Shown: positions 21,443 to 31,122 of the stretch, piece after piece | How the letters are laid out: each line of letters opens with the position of its first letter | Numbering within the stretch: the first letter of the stretch is position 1 | NCBI GenBank assembly: GCA_026129095.1 | Contig: JAHCIT010000002.1 | Location: forward strand, 124,001 to 188,000 | DNA from: Deltaproteobacteria bacterium | Lineage (GTDB): Bacteria > JAGRBM01 > JAHCIT01 | Direction of reading: 5' to 3' | DNA length: 64,000 bases | Program-made: the position numbers and the translations under genes | The notes under the pieces: model-generated | Databases searched by the model: none | What the model was told of the DNA's origin: nothing | What the model saw: the letters and a program-made list of their open reading frames with translations, nothing else

Positions 21443-22335
21443 CAGGCCGCGAGCACGTTCTGCACGGTTTCGGCGGCAGCAGCGAGGAACCGGTCGGCCC
21501 GGCGTGTGATGAGCCGCCGGAACTTTTTCTGCCGGATTTCACGGATACGCAGGCCATAGGCGATCAGTTTTTCTGTCTCGCCTTTGACCTCGGCATGGAG
21601 CCTGCGGACGATCTCCGGGTCATCGGCTGCCTCGGGACCGTAACCCAGGTAAATCGGCCAGCCGATGTGATAGGTGAGCTGTCTGGGTATCGGCAGCCCC
21701 CCGATACCGGCATATAACGGCATCACGTATTTTTCGTTGCCGTACCGCTTGGTGATATAGCGGCCAAGCGGCGTCTTCAGCATCTGTTCGTGGTCGGCAA
21801 TCTGCCAGAACAGGTCATCAATACCGATGCAGGCAACCGGGATGATGGGTTTGCCGGCACGGAGCGCTACCTTGATAAATCCGTAGTGGCCGTCCCAGCG
21901 AAGCTGGTACTTTTCCTTCGTGCTGCGGATCGTCTCCTTTGCGCCGCCCGGATAGACCAGCACGAGCTTGTCCTTCTGGAGCATCCGGATCGCCTGCTGA
22001 GGCTCGCCTTCCAGAACCCCCATCATGGCTGCGCCAAACCGGTAACCCGGCGTCTGGAAAATCACGCGGTCAGCCAGCGCACGCACGAAACGGTGCTTCT
22101 GCTCCCAGATCGCCTTGACCAGAAACGGTGCGTCCATCCCGAACGGGCCGTGGTTTCCCACCATCAGGGCGCCGGTATGCTCCGGCAGGTTGTCAGCCCC
22201 TTCGAGCTTCACCCGCAGATAGCGCGCCATGGGCTCCAGATTCCTGAGCGACCGGCGGAAATCGTCCATGTCGATCTTCTCGACGAAACCGTGCTGCTTG
22301 CCGTAGAGCTGGGGAAATACCTGTTCGAGCCTCAT
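21442..22335 (-). CDS. Lysophospholipid/DGAT2-like acyltransferase
   Basis: GNHGPFGMD (HX4-5D), LVYPGGAKE, PIIPVACIG; GGAGG RBS. Confidence 0.9.
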   Translation of the reverse strand: MRLEQVFPQLYGKQHGFVEKIDMDDFRRSLRNLEPMARYLRVKLEGADNLPEHTGALMVGNHGPFGMDAPFLVKAIWEQKHRFVRALADRVIFQTPGYRFGAAMMGVLEGEPQQAIRMLQKDKLVLVYPGGAKETIRSTKEKYQLRWDGHYGFIKVALRAGKPIIPVACIGIDDLFWQIADHEQMLKTPLGRYITKRYGNEKYVMPLYAGIGGLPIPRQLTYHIGWPIYLGYGPEAADDPEIVRRLHAEVKGETEKLIAYGLRIREIRQKKFRRLITRRADRFLAAAAETVQNVLAA

Positions 22336-22600
22336 GATGCCTCCTTCGGTCCGAAGTGAAGCTCCTGGCGCTGGATGGGAATTGCGCGTAGGGCTTTGAG
22401 TTGTCCAAGAGACGCTGCCAACTGCCGGTCCCGTCCCCCTTGCCGGGAGTCCGGGCCAAATGGCGGCTAACACCACGTCCGGGCGTATTGTGCCCATTCC
22501 GGAAGGTCGTTGCAACGATTTTCGACCAAAACAGGCTGTTTGAATGCAGGTGACAGCTATATGCTTAACTAGCCCCCGGCGGAAGGAGCCAAAAGAGATC

Positions 22601-23599
22601 ATGGCAGAGAGCTACAGGATTTTCGGCGTCGAGATGTCGCCCTATTCGGTCAAGGTGAGATCCTACTTCCGGTACAAGGGGATTCCGCACGAATGGGTCG
22701 TCCGGGGCATAAAGGAGATGCCCGAATTCCAGAAATACGCGAAACTGCCGCTGGTTCCGCTGGTCGTCTCCGGCACCGGAGAGGCCATGCAGGATTCAAC
22801 ACCGATCATCGAGACATTCGAGAAGAAATACCCAGACCCGTCCATCACGCCGTCCGACCCCACTCTCGCATTCCTGTCGGCGCTTATCGAGGAATATGCC
22901 GACGAATGGGGCAACAAGCCGATGTTCCATTACCGCTGGACCTACGAAGCAGACCAGAAATCCGGGGCGGAGCGGATCTTTCTTGAAAACATGCCCGGTG
23001 CAGCGGGAGCGGCCCTCGACCAGGGGCGGCAGATGATCATGCAGCGGATGGTTCCACGGCTGAAGTTCGTGGGCTCCAACCCGGTCACGCTGCCGATGAT
23101 CGAGGACTCTTTCAAGCGGACCTGCCGGATACTCGAACGGCATCTTTCCGGGCGCGACTTCCTGATGGGCGGACGGCCGGTGATGGCGGACTTCGGTCTC
23201 TATGCACAGATCTATGAATGCTCCACCGATCCCACGCCGGGAGTGTGGATGAAGGCAAACGCTCCCCAGACCCTTGCCTGGATCCAGCGCATGCTCAGCC
23301 CCAGGGCGACGGGAGAACTGGAAACGCCAAAAGCGCTGGAACCCACACTGGAGCCCCTGCTCCGGGAAGAAATCGGAGCACTGTTCCTGCCCTGGTCAGC
23401 GGCCAATGCGAAGGCCGTCGCAGCAGGCAGCAAGGAGTTTTCGATGGAGCTGGCCGGAAAGCCCTGGGTTCAGGAGCCCCAGAAATACGCCGCCAAATCG
23501 CTCGGCGTCATCCGGCAAAAGTACCAGATGACCGCCGGAAAGGATCTGCTCGACCCCCTGCTTGAACGGACAGGATGCCTCCCGTGGCTGAAGGGCTGA
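22601..23599 (+). CDS. Glutathione S-transferase family protein (long, SPYS type)
   Basis: SPYSVKVRSYFRYK, VP, QDSTPII, EYADEW. Confidence 0.9.
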   Translation: MAESYRIFGVEMSPYSVKVRSYFRYKGIPHEWVVRGIKEMPEFQKYAKLPLVPLVVSGTGEAMQDSTPIIETFEKKYPDPSITPSDPTLAFLSALIEEYADEWGNKPMFHYRWTYEADQKSGAERIFLENMPGAAGAALDQGRQMIMQRMVPRLKFVGSNPVTLPMIEDSFKRTCRILERHLSGRDFLMGGRPVMADFGLYAQIYECSTDPTPGVWMKANAPQTLAWIQRMLSPRATGELETPKALEPTLEPLLREEIGALFLPWSAANAKAVAAGSKEFSMELAGKPWVQEPQKYAAKSLGVIRQKYQMTAGKDLLDPLLERTGCLPWLKG

Positions 23600-23602
23600 T
23601 CG

Positions 23603-24292
23603 ATGCCGGATGTCACCTACTACGGACACTGGATATGCCCGTTCGCCAAGCGGGTGAAGTTCGTGCTGGCGAACCGGGGAATAGAGCACGATGAGATCAT
23701 CGTCCCGCCGCAGGCGGTCCGTCCAAAGGGAATGACCCTGCCGCCGGAGTTTCTGCAGTGGAGCCCCAGGCGCGAAATCCCCATGATCCGGTACAAGGGC
23801 CATTACCTGACGGACTCCATTCCGATCATGGAGTTTCTGGAACGCGAGATCGCGGAAAACCCCATGCTGCCCGCCGACCCAGTGGCGCGTGCGGCCGTGA
23901 TGGAACGCGTACGGTGGCTCGATCTTAATCTCATGCTGTCGGCGGTGCGTGTCTATTACGGAATTACTCCGGAAGGGATCGCCACCGGATCGAGGGATCT
24001 GGCCGCCGCCTTCGCGCAGATGGAAACGTGGCTCACCGGACAGAAATGGCTCTGCGGCAGCGAGCCCACACTGGCGGAAGCCATCGCCATCCCCATTTAC
24101 GTCCGTCTGAATGGCCTGCGCCGGCTGGGGTTCAGCTGGGACGGTCCTGGCCCCGAACTGGCACGTCACATACGGCAGTGCGAAATGCTTCGGGGCTGGA
24201 CTGCCGTTGCGTGGACGGGGGAGCAAGAAGATGAATTCACCGGCAGATTCCTCAAATACCGGGAGATCAAGAACCGCCCTCCGGCTGTATAG
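23603..24292 (+). CDS. Glutathione S-transferase family protein (CPF Cys type)
   Basis: CPFAKRV, IPMI, TDSIPIMEFLE, PTLAE. Confidence 0.88.
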   Translation: MPDVTYYGHWICPFAKRVKFVLANRGIEHDEIIVPPQAVRPKGMTLPPEFLQWSPRREIPMIRYKGHYLTDSIPIMEFLEREIAENPMLPADPVARAAVMERVRWLDLNLMLSAVRVYYGITPEGIATGSRDLAAAFAQMETWLTGQKWLCGSEPTLAEAIAIPIYVRLNGLRRLGFSWDGPGPELARHIRQCEMLRGWTAVAWTGEQEDEFTGRFLKYREIKNRPPAV

Positions 24293-24334
24293 CCCCTCGC
24301 CCGGCCGAACCCCATCAATCATACTCCCGGTGCA

Positions 24335-24949
24335 ATGGACGATTCCCTGGCGAAACATCAGAAGACCGAGGGTGTGATCGAACTCCGTCTACATGACGTG
24401 AACCAGCTCTTCAATTCGATGGATCCGTCGCCGTTCACCGACAAGGATCTCGACGACAAAGCCGAGGCGTTCATTGTCGAATGGGCCGAGGATTTCCCCT
24501 CCGACATGCCCCTGCGCCTGCTTGTCCATATTGAACGGCCGGTGACAGATCTCTCCGCGCCGGGACAGACTGCCGAGGCGATCCACCGGTATTTCAGCTA
24601 CCGGGTGGAACGGAACCGCCGCAAGCTGCGCCAGTTCCTGAAGCAGGGCCGGCTGAGCCTGCTCGTGGGGCTGTCATTTCTCGTGGGGTGCCTGCTCGCC
24701 TCTGACCTGATCCAGCACACCTGGCATGGCACGGCGGCGACCATTTTCGCCGAGAGCCTCACCATCGGCGGCTGGGTGGCCATGTGGCGGCCACTGGAGA
24801 TTTTCCTTTACGACTGGTGGCCCATCCGCCGGACCGGAAAGGTGTACCAGAAACTGAGCGAGATGGACGTGCAGATACAGATTCACACCGATCTCGAAAT
24901 CCCCAGCCCCGCCGTCGTGGCCCAGGTAACGGCAGCCCGGAGCGGCTGA
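24335..24949 (+). CDS. Conserved hypothetical membrane protein
   Basis: LFNSMDPSPF..KDLD; two TMs; GWVAMWRPLEIFLYDWWP. Confidence 0.8.
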   Translation: MDDSLAKHQKTEGVIELRLHDVNQLFNSMDPSPFTDKDLDDKAEAFIVEWAEDFPSDMPLRLLVHIERPVTDLSAPGQTAEAIHRYFSYRVERNRRKLRQFLKQGRLSLLVGLSFLVGCLLASDLIQHTWHGTAATIFAESLTIGGWVAMWRPLEIFLYDWWPIRRTGKVYQKLSEMDVQIQIHTDLEIPSPAVVAQVTAARSG

Positions 24950-24952
24950 CAA

Positions 24953-25372
24953 TCAGCCCGGCGGGGGGCCTGTCCGGCGGCTGTCCTTCCAGTTCATCCA
25001 GAGAATGAACCCGGCCACGGAAGCAACAAGCAGTGCCACTACCGGTGCGGGCAGGTCGGCACTGGAATCATAGAAGCGCGACTGGCGATAGTGGACCATC
25101 CAGTAATCCCACCGGAACAGGATGACGGCAATGTTCAGCGAACCCAGAACAACTGTCTCGATCCGGATAATTTCGTGAAGCCGCTCCGGCTGGCGGCGAT
25201 GAGCGGTAATACCACTCATGAACACCCCATACGCGGCAATTCCCACCACAACCGCCGTCAGCCAGTCACCGGACATGAAGCAAAGCGGAAAAATCCATAT
25301 TACCGCGCCAAGCGTGCCACCAAGCGCTCCAATGATCTGGCTCCGTCCAGGAGGTGGGTAAGCCTTCGTCAT
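24953..25372 (-). CDS. Hypothetical membrane protein (about 4 TM)
   Basis: Hydrophobic ORF from MTKAYP filling gap. Confidence 0.65.
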   Translation of the reverse strand: MTKAYPPPGRSQIIGALGGTLGAVIWIFPLCFMSGDWLTAVVVGIAAYGVFMSGITAHRRQPERLHEIIRIETVVLGSLNIAVILFRWDYWMVHYRQSRFYDSSADLPAPVVALLVASVAGFILWMNWKDSRRTGPPPG

Positions 25373-25488
25373 GGGTTTCAGTTTATCACAGTTCCACTCC
25401 GGACACTGGCCAGTTAGCGGCACCGTGCTACTGTCCCGGCGGCCCGGAGCCTCGAAGACACATGGAAGGCCCGGGACCGGAGGCTCCA

Positions 25489-26382
25489 ATGAAAGTTGAA
25501 ACCGAAATCACACGAATGCTTGGAATGCAGGTTCCGATCATTGGTGCGCCGATGTTTCTTGTTTCGCGTGTGGAGCTGGTCGCCGCCGTGACCAACGCCG
25601 GCGGGCTTGGAGCCTTCCCGAGCCTCAACTACCGGACGCACGAGGAGTTCCGGCAGGCCCTTTCCGAGATCAAGGCAAAGGTCGGCAACAAGCCGTTCGG
25701 CGTGAACCTGATCGTGAAGGGGATGGGGCCACTGGAAAATCCGCGGCTGTTCCAGGACATGGACGCCTGTATCGAGGAAAAAGTCGCGCTCATCATCACA
25801 AGCCTCGGCAACCCGGCCCAGGTCGTGGAAAAGGCCCGGAAGGTGGGAACGCGGGTCTTTTGCGATGTGATCAATCTCAAGCACGCCATGAAGGTAAAGG
25901 ACGCGGGAGCTGACGCACTGATTGCGGTCACCGCCGGTGCCGGCGGCCACGCGGGGGCGATTTCGCCACTGGTGCTGGTGCCCTACCTCAGGGAGAAAAC
26001 CGGTCTTCCCGTCGTCGCTGCGGGTGGTATTGCGACCGGCGCGCAGATCGCCGCCGCACTGGCCCTCGGAGCCGGAGCGGCTTACGTCGGAACGCGCTTC
26101 ATTGCCACTCCCGAATCCGATGCCCCACAGGAGTTCAAGGAGATGATCATCGCCTGCGGTCCGGATGACATTATCTATTCCAACAAGGTCAGCGGCGTCT
26201 GGGGAAACTTTCTCAAGCCCTCATACGACGCGAACTTCGGCAAGGGAAACGCCTGGAAAGATGTCTGGTCCGCAGGGCAGAACGTGGGCCTCATCGACGA
26301 CATCAGCCCGGCAGGCGAGGTTGTAAGCCGAATGATGCGCGAATACGCCGCTGCAGTAAAACAGGTTCCGCTTCCTACCTGA
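25489..26382 (+). CDS. Nitronate monooxygenase / FabK-like flavoenzyme
   Basis: PIIGAPMFLVS, AGAGGHAG, AAGGI, YVGTRFIAT; GGAGG RBS. Confidence 0.92.
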   Translation: MKVETEITRMLGMQVPIIGAPMFLVSRVELVAAVTNAGGLGAFPSLNYRTHEEFRQALSEIKAKVGNKPFGVNLIVKGMGPLENPRLFQDMDACIEEKVALIITSLGNPAQVVEKARKVGTRVFCDVINLKHAMKVKDAGADALIAVTAGAGGHAGAISPLVLVPYLREKTGLPVVAAGGIATGAQIAAALALGAGAAYVGTRFIATPESDAPQEFKEMIIACGPDDIIYSNKVSGVWGNFLKPSYDANFGKGNAWKDVWSAGQNVGLIDDISPAGEVVSRMMREYAAAVKQVPLPT

Positions 26383-27358
26383 CAGTTCGCCACCACTGGA
26401 CCGTGCGGTCGAGGGCCTCGTTCAGCCCGGTTTCCGGCTGGTAACCGAAGTGGCGCCCGGCCTTGGCGGAAACGAACCACAGATCCCGCTGCGGAACGCT
26501 TGTCCGGTACCGGGTCAGTGGCGGGGCCTCCTTGCGGCCGAGACGGGACCAGACCGCCTCGAAACCGTCGCTGAGCCGGTCGGCGAACCATCCCGGTACC
26601 GACGCCGTGGGCACCGGAGCACCCACGCGCAAGGCGATCCGCGCCATGAGATCACGCCAGCGGACCGGTTCCGCATCGCCTAGGATATAGGTTTCCCCTG
26701 CCGCGCGTTCCGACAGCGCCGCCTGGACCATCCCGCGTGCGAGGTTCCCCGCATAGGCCGTGGTAATAAGCGCATCGCCGCGGTTGATATGGACATAGAG
26801 CCCGGACTTCAGGGCCTTCACCAGCGGAAGAAATGATGTGCGGTCCCGCTCGCCAAAGGGAAAGACGCCGGGCCGTATCACGGTCACCGGCTGGCCATTC
26901 CGCACAGCTTCCCTGCAAATATCTTCCGCTAGTATCTTCGATCGCCGGTAGGGATTCCCACCCGGCTCGCGGGGCGTCGTCTCGTCGGCCATGCGCCATC
27001 CGGTGTAGGGATGCACCGCGAGCGAACTCATCATGACCGTTCGCTGGGAGCCTGTCACACGGGCGGCGTCGAGCACATTCCTCGTCCCGCCCACATTCAC
27101 CCGCTCAAAGAGATTCCATTCACCCCAGTCGCTCACCAGCGCAGCCAGGTGAAAAACCAGATCCATCCCTTCGCAGGCATCGAGGACATCATCCGGCCTC
27201 GTCAGGTCGCCCGGATGCCATTCGACCGGGAGACCCGCGAGGTTCTCCCTTACCGCCTGCGGCAGGTCGAACACCCGGACGTCGATTCCCGCATCCAGCA
27301 GGGCCCGGACCAGATGACTCCCGATGAAGCCGGCCCCGCCGGTGACTACCGCTTTCAT
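26375..27358 (-). CDS. NAD-dependent epimerase/dehydratase (3-beta-HSD-like extended SDR)
   Basis: TGGAGFIG, FHLAA, NVGGT, YRRSK. Confidence 0.92.
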   Translation of the reverse strand: MKAVVTGGAGFIGSHLVRALLDAGIDVRVFDLPQAVRENLAGLPVEWHPGDLTRPDDVLDACEGMDLVFHLAALVSDWGEWNLFERVNVGGTRNVLDAARVTGSQRTVMMSSLAVHPYTGWRMADETTPREPGGNPYRRSKILAEDICREAVRNGQPVTVIRPGVFPFGERDRTSFLPLVKALKSGLYVHINRGDALITTAYAGNLARGMVQAALSERAAGETYILGDAEPVRWRDLMARIALRVGAPVPTASVPGWFADRLSDGFEAVWSRLGRKEAPPLTRYRTSVPQRDLWFVSAKAGRHFGYQPETGLNEALDRTVQWWRTVR

Positions 27359-28179
27359 TTTTTCTTTCTGGATCGTGCGGTCTTCTGCTTCACCGCTTTT
27401 TCCGGTTTCGGGGGCGGTGGCTGACGTTCACCGGCGGTCACGCCGAAAGGATTGCGGCCGCTCTCACGAGCAGCGAAATAGTCGGTCAGTATTCCCAGTT
27501 CCCAGTGCAGGAGCATCGGGTAAATCCAGGACCGCGTCGTCCGGGCAAGCCATGAAAAGGCAATGCCGCCCGGAATGGCCCCAAAAGTCTCGGCAGCCGG
27601 TTTTCCCAGATGCGCAACCGTCGAAAGCGCCGTCTGGAACCAGACAGCGGCGTCCTTGCCGTACGCCTCTTCCATCGGGGCCTCAAGAAAACCCCGGAAA
27701 AAGCTTTCCCATGCCGTGTAGTAGAGGCCCTCGGATATCTCCCACAACACGAAATCGCCCGCATCGGCCGCCGCCGAAGGCGGCAGGGGGTACTCTTCCT
27801 GGATGGCGGCATCCTTCGCGCCTGCCCGTGCGATCGCATACACAAGAGGCATGCCGATTGCCGTCAGCGGCAAACCGATCCACCAGCGTCCGAACCCGCT
27901 CCGCACCGCAGATGGCCATTGCCGGTTCACTGCCACATTGAGCAGTTGCGGCACCACAAAAAGCAGCGTGTAGGCGGCGAGGTTCTGGTAAAGCTCCGGA
28001 GCGAGACGGCGGACCCTTTCATCCGTCAGCAGCGGATCGATGTGCCGGGCGAGATATTTCCGGTAAAACCATCGCTGGCCCGGGTACAGGTAGATCGTGA
28101 GGAGTACTGTCCCGGCGGCCATGTTCCGGCGGGCGCGGGCCTCGGCACGGGCGCGGCGGCTCGGAAAGAGTTTCAGCAC
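27355..28179 (-). CDS. CPBP (CAAX/Abi) family intramembrane glutamic protease
   Basis: WESFFRGF, AHLGKPAAE, LLHW; multiple TMs. Confidence 0.85.
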   Translation of the reverse strand: MLKLFPSRRARAEARARRNMAAGTVLLTIYLYPGQRWFYRKYLARHIDPLLTDERVRRLAPELYQNLAAYTLLFVVPQLLNVAVNRQWPSAVRSGFGRWWIGLPLTAIGMPLVYAIARAGAKDAAIQEEYPLPPSAAADAGDFVLWEISEGLYYTAWESFFRGFLEAPMEEAYGKDAAVWFQTALSTVAHLGKPAAETFGAIPGGIAFSWLARTTRSWIYPMLLHWELGILTDYFAARESGRNPFGVTAGERQPPPPKPEKAVKQKTARSRKKK

Positions 28180-28183
28180 GGGA

Positions 28184-28789
28184 TCACCCCGCCCTCGCCA
28201 CCGGCAGATCGAGCGGTTCCACCGAACCCGAATTTGCCAGGATCACCTGCTGTGGCCAGCGGGACATGACCTCGGTTCTGATGCGCGGCCAGGTTTCCGC
28301 ATAGAACCGGCGCGTGGCTTCCAGTTCCAGGGGAGCACGCGACTGGATCTCGCCGGCAATGCGCCGCTCCACCATCCCCCTGATACCGGGAAGCGGGAGC
28401 TTCACATCCAGTTCCAGCCGCGACACCCGGGCGCTGGAATGGGGACCGCGCGGAACGATCTCAAACCGGCTTCGATAGACAAAACGGTCCCCCAGCGGAT
28501 CGGTAACGATGTCATAGCCGCCCGCATGGGCACTCCGGTCATACCACATGGTCTGCGTCGAGCGGCCCACCTCGCGGCCAATCAGCCTGGCGAGCCACGA
28601 TGGAATAGCGACTTCTGACCGGTACAGGAACACGCGGTGAAACGCATGGCCATTGTCGGTCCATGACACAATCTGGCGTCCGCCATGCCCGTGGGCCCGG
28701 TCGATCGCCCGCTCATGCTCCTCACAGGCGAAGCCGTATTCCTGCTCCTCGCGCGGCAGCGGAAATTCGTGATCGAACTCGAAGATCAT
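28184..28789 (-). CDS. DUF2505/SRPBCC(START)-like protein
   Basis: FEFDHEF start, VKLPLPGIRGMVERRIAGEI C-terminal helix; ATGA overlap with GMC stop. Confidence 0.6.
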   Translation of the reverse strand: MIFEFDHEFPLPREEQEYGFACEEHERAIDRAHGHGGRQIVSWTDNGHAFHRVFLYRSEVAIPSWLARLIGREVGRSTQTMWYDRSAHAGGYDIVTDPLGDRFVYRSRFEIVPRGPHSSARVSRLELDVKLPLPGIRGMVERRIAGEIQSRAPLELEATRRFYAETWPRIRTEVMSRWPQQVILANSGSVEPLDLPVARAG

Positions 28790-30321
28790 GCCGCCCTCCG
28801 GAGCTTGCCCCACTCGGTCAGGATGAAATCGGCCTGGCGCGTGACCAGCATCATGATCGTTTCCTGGGGGTTCAGGCCCACCGGGGTTGGCACTATGGAA
28901 CCATCGGCAATGAACAGGTTTTTCACGTCCCAGGTCTCGCCCGTGGGACCGACAACGCCCCACCGCGGGTCGGCTGCCATCCGGCAGGTGCTCATCGCAT
29001 GAACGGTAAGCAGTTCCACATCCTCGGGCCTGATGCCGGTCTGGTAGATGCGGTTGATGTCGTCGGCGCTGTCAATCCAGGGCAGGCCGTGGATGGGCAG
29101 GTATACCCGCCTCGCCCCTGAGGCGAACAGCATCTCCGAGCAAAGGGCCATTCCTCTCAGAACGCGGCCGAACCCGGCAGGATCAATCTGGTAGGTCATG
29201 AGCGCTGATCCCATCGGTCCTGGCCTGACACGCCCTGTGGTGGTGTCTTCCACCAGCACGCCGGAAATCACCATGCGGTTGATGTTCTCAAGGAACTCCA
29301 GCATGGCATCCCCCACGAACGGCATGCTCATGGCGAGAAGCGCGGGGGGAACAAAGACCGCGGCGAAGATCAGCCCCTCGTCCAGAAACTCATGGACCTG
29401 CACCGCCTGATGAACACCCTTCCATCCATAGATATCGCGGTCCATGACAGCCACGACCTTGGCATTCGGATGACAGGTAAAGTTGAGGCCGACCTGCCCG
29501 GACGAGTTGCAGATGCCCTGCCGCTGGAGGATGACCGGTGTCTGCGTTGCTCCGGCCGCCAGCACCGTCGTCCGGGCCCGGACATTGACCGGAAAGCGCG
29601 GGCGGCCCGTGACTGGATCAATGGCAACGGCCCGGAACCCCACCGCCGTTCCCTTTTCGATCCAGATGCTGCTTACCTTCGTGTCGGCGAGAATGGTCGC
29701 ACCCCGGCTCATGGCCCTCGGGAGATAGCTCACCGTCATCGCCTGCTTGCCGCCCGATGGGCAGCCGAAGGCGCAGTTGTTGGTGCCGGTACAGTGAAGC
29801 TGGTTCCGCGTATTCCACTGGGTCCGGTAGCCGAGGCGGTCCGCACCCTTCTTCAGCGCCATATCGTGCGCGCTGATGGTGTCCGGATCCTGCCGGGCCA
29901 CGTTGATGCTCTTTTCGACCCGCTCGAAATATCCTGCCGTATCCGCCGCACTGAAACCCCGGAGGCCCAATTCCAGATGCCAGCGGCGGAGAACACGTTC
30001 CGGAGTCCGCCAGCACATGCCCCCATTGATTACGGTGGACCCGCCCACGCACCGGCCTTCGGCAAAGATGACGTTGGGCTTGCCGACGATGACCGACGTG
30101 CCTGCATCGCGGTAGAACTTGCGCACCATTTCCGGTGCATTGGCACTGATCTCGGCCGTTGGGTGGTAGCTGCCCTCTTCCAGCACTACTACCTTGAGCC
30201 CGCCCTCGGCCAGTTCGGCGGCCATGACGGCACCGCCAGCACCGGAACCGCAGATGGCGACATCCGCCTCGATTTCGAGCGGTCCGTGCACGTGCCGGGA
30301 TTCGAGCAGCCGTCCGGGCAT
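28786..30321 (-). CDS. GMC family oxidoreductase
   Basis: GSGAGG, GRCVGGSTVINGG, CTGTNNCAFGCP, HAMSTCRM, NPQETIM. Confidence 0.94.
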   Translation of the reverse strand: MPGRLLESRHVHGPLEIEADVAICGSGAGGAVMAAELAEGGLKVVVLEEGSYHPTAEISANAPEMVRKFYRDAGTSVIVGKPNVIFAEGRCVGGSTVINGGMCWRTPERVLRRWHLELGLRGFSAADTAGYFERVEKSINVARQDPDTISAHDMALKKGADRLGYRTQWNTRNQLHCTGTNNCAFGCPSGGKQAMTVSYLPRAMSRGATILADTKVSSIWIEKGTAVGFRAVAIDPVTGRPRFPVNVRARTTVLAAGATQTPVILQRQGICNSSGQVGLNFTCHPNAKVVAVMDRDIYGWKGVHQAVQVHEFLDEGLIFAAVFVPPALLAMSMPFVGDAMLEFLENINRMVISGVLVEDTTTGRVRPGPMGSALMTYQIDPAGFGRVLRGMALCSEMLFASGARRVYLPIHGLPWIDSADDINRIYQTGIRPEDVELLTVHAMSTCRMAADPRWGVVGPTGETWDVKNLFIADGSIVPTPVGLNPQETIMMLVTRQADFILTEWGKLRRAA

Positions 30322-30323
30322 GA

Positions 30324-31064
30324 CTAGTTCCCCGTTCCCATCTGTGCCGCAGCTTCCTGCGCGGCCAGATTCGCCGCGGCCCGTTCAGCCGCACGGCGGG
30401 CGGCGGCTATCTCGATCTCCGAAGCCCGTGTCCATGCCGCCCGGAAATCGACAAGCGTGCTGTCGGCTTTCAGATGCTCGTCATACTGCCCCCGGATCGT
30501 CACGCCTTCGGGACCGCCCGGAAGCGCCGCAATCTCCCTCAGATCGGGAACCCGCAGCCCCCACCGGCTCACCCGCTCGGCCACTTTCTGGTCCACCCAG
30601 TCCTGCGGAAAATAGTCGAGATGGCGGGTGATCTCAGGGTGCGAGTAGAACCCGAGCAGGATCAGCGACCGGAGCCCCTTTACCGCCTCGCGGATCAGGA
30701 AAACCGGGCTCTCGCCCAGAGACTTCAGGTGCCGCTCGCCCGCTTCCGGGGACATGAGCGTCAGAGGCCGGACGCAGGTAAGGAATCCCGACCAGCTGAT
30801 CAGGCGCAAGCCCACTGGAAAAACCAGCGCCACATGGCGGGGGAGAAAGGCGATGAACTGATCTACAAAGCCGGCCAGTTCCGTCTCTGCATCGAACTGG
30901 AAACGGATTTTCTTGGGCATCAGGGCGCGAACCAGGGCACGCACGATCGTCTGGCTGCCTCTGCCCAGATGGCGGCACTGATAACCGGCCGGAACCAGCC
31001 GCCCGGCCACGCTTTCGGCCCTCTGGCTCGTCTGCGCTGTCTCTTCAGCCGCTTTCACGCCCAC
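30324..31064 (-). CDS. Hypothetical protein, gluconate 2-dehydrogenase subunit-3-like partner of GMC enzyme
   Basis: LRSLILLGFYSHPE...LDY motif directly upstream of GMC gene. Confidence 0.6.
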   Translation of the reverse strand: MGVKAAEETAQTSQRAESVAGRLVPAGYQCRHLGRGSQTIVRALVRALMPKKIRFQFDAETELAGFVDQFIAFLPRHVALVFPVGLRLISWSGFLTCVRPLTLMSPEAGERHLKSLGESPVFLIREAVKGLRSLILLGFYSHPEITRHLDYFPQDWVDQKVAERVSRWGLRVPDLREIAALPGGPEGVTIRGQYDEHLKADSTLVDFRAAWTRASEIEIAAARRAAERAAANLAAQEAAAQMGTGN

Positions 31065-31122
31065 CGGGCACCCCCGTCAGTCGGTGAAACCCTAAGAGAA
31101 TACAGCCAACTGGTCAAGTGGT

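Noticed and set aside
27355-28179. CPBP protease as the myxosortase for the MYXO-CTERM-like protein
   Set aside because: Embedded in the GMC operon about 7 kb away; cannot be assigned to the myxosortase subfamily by eye.
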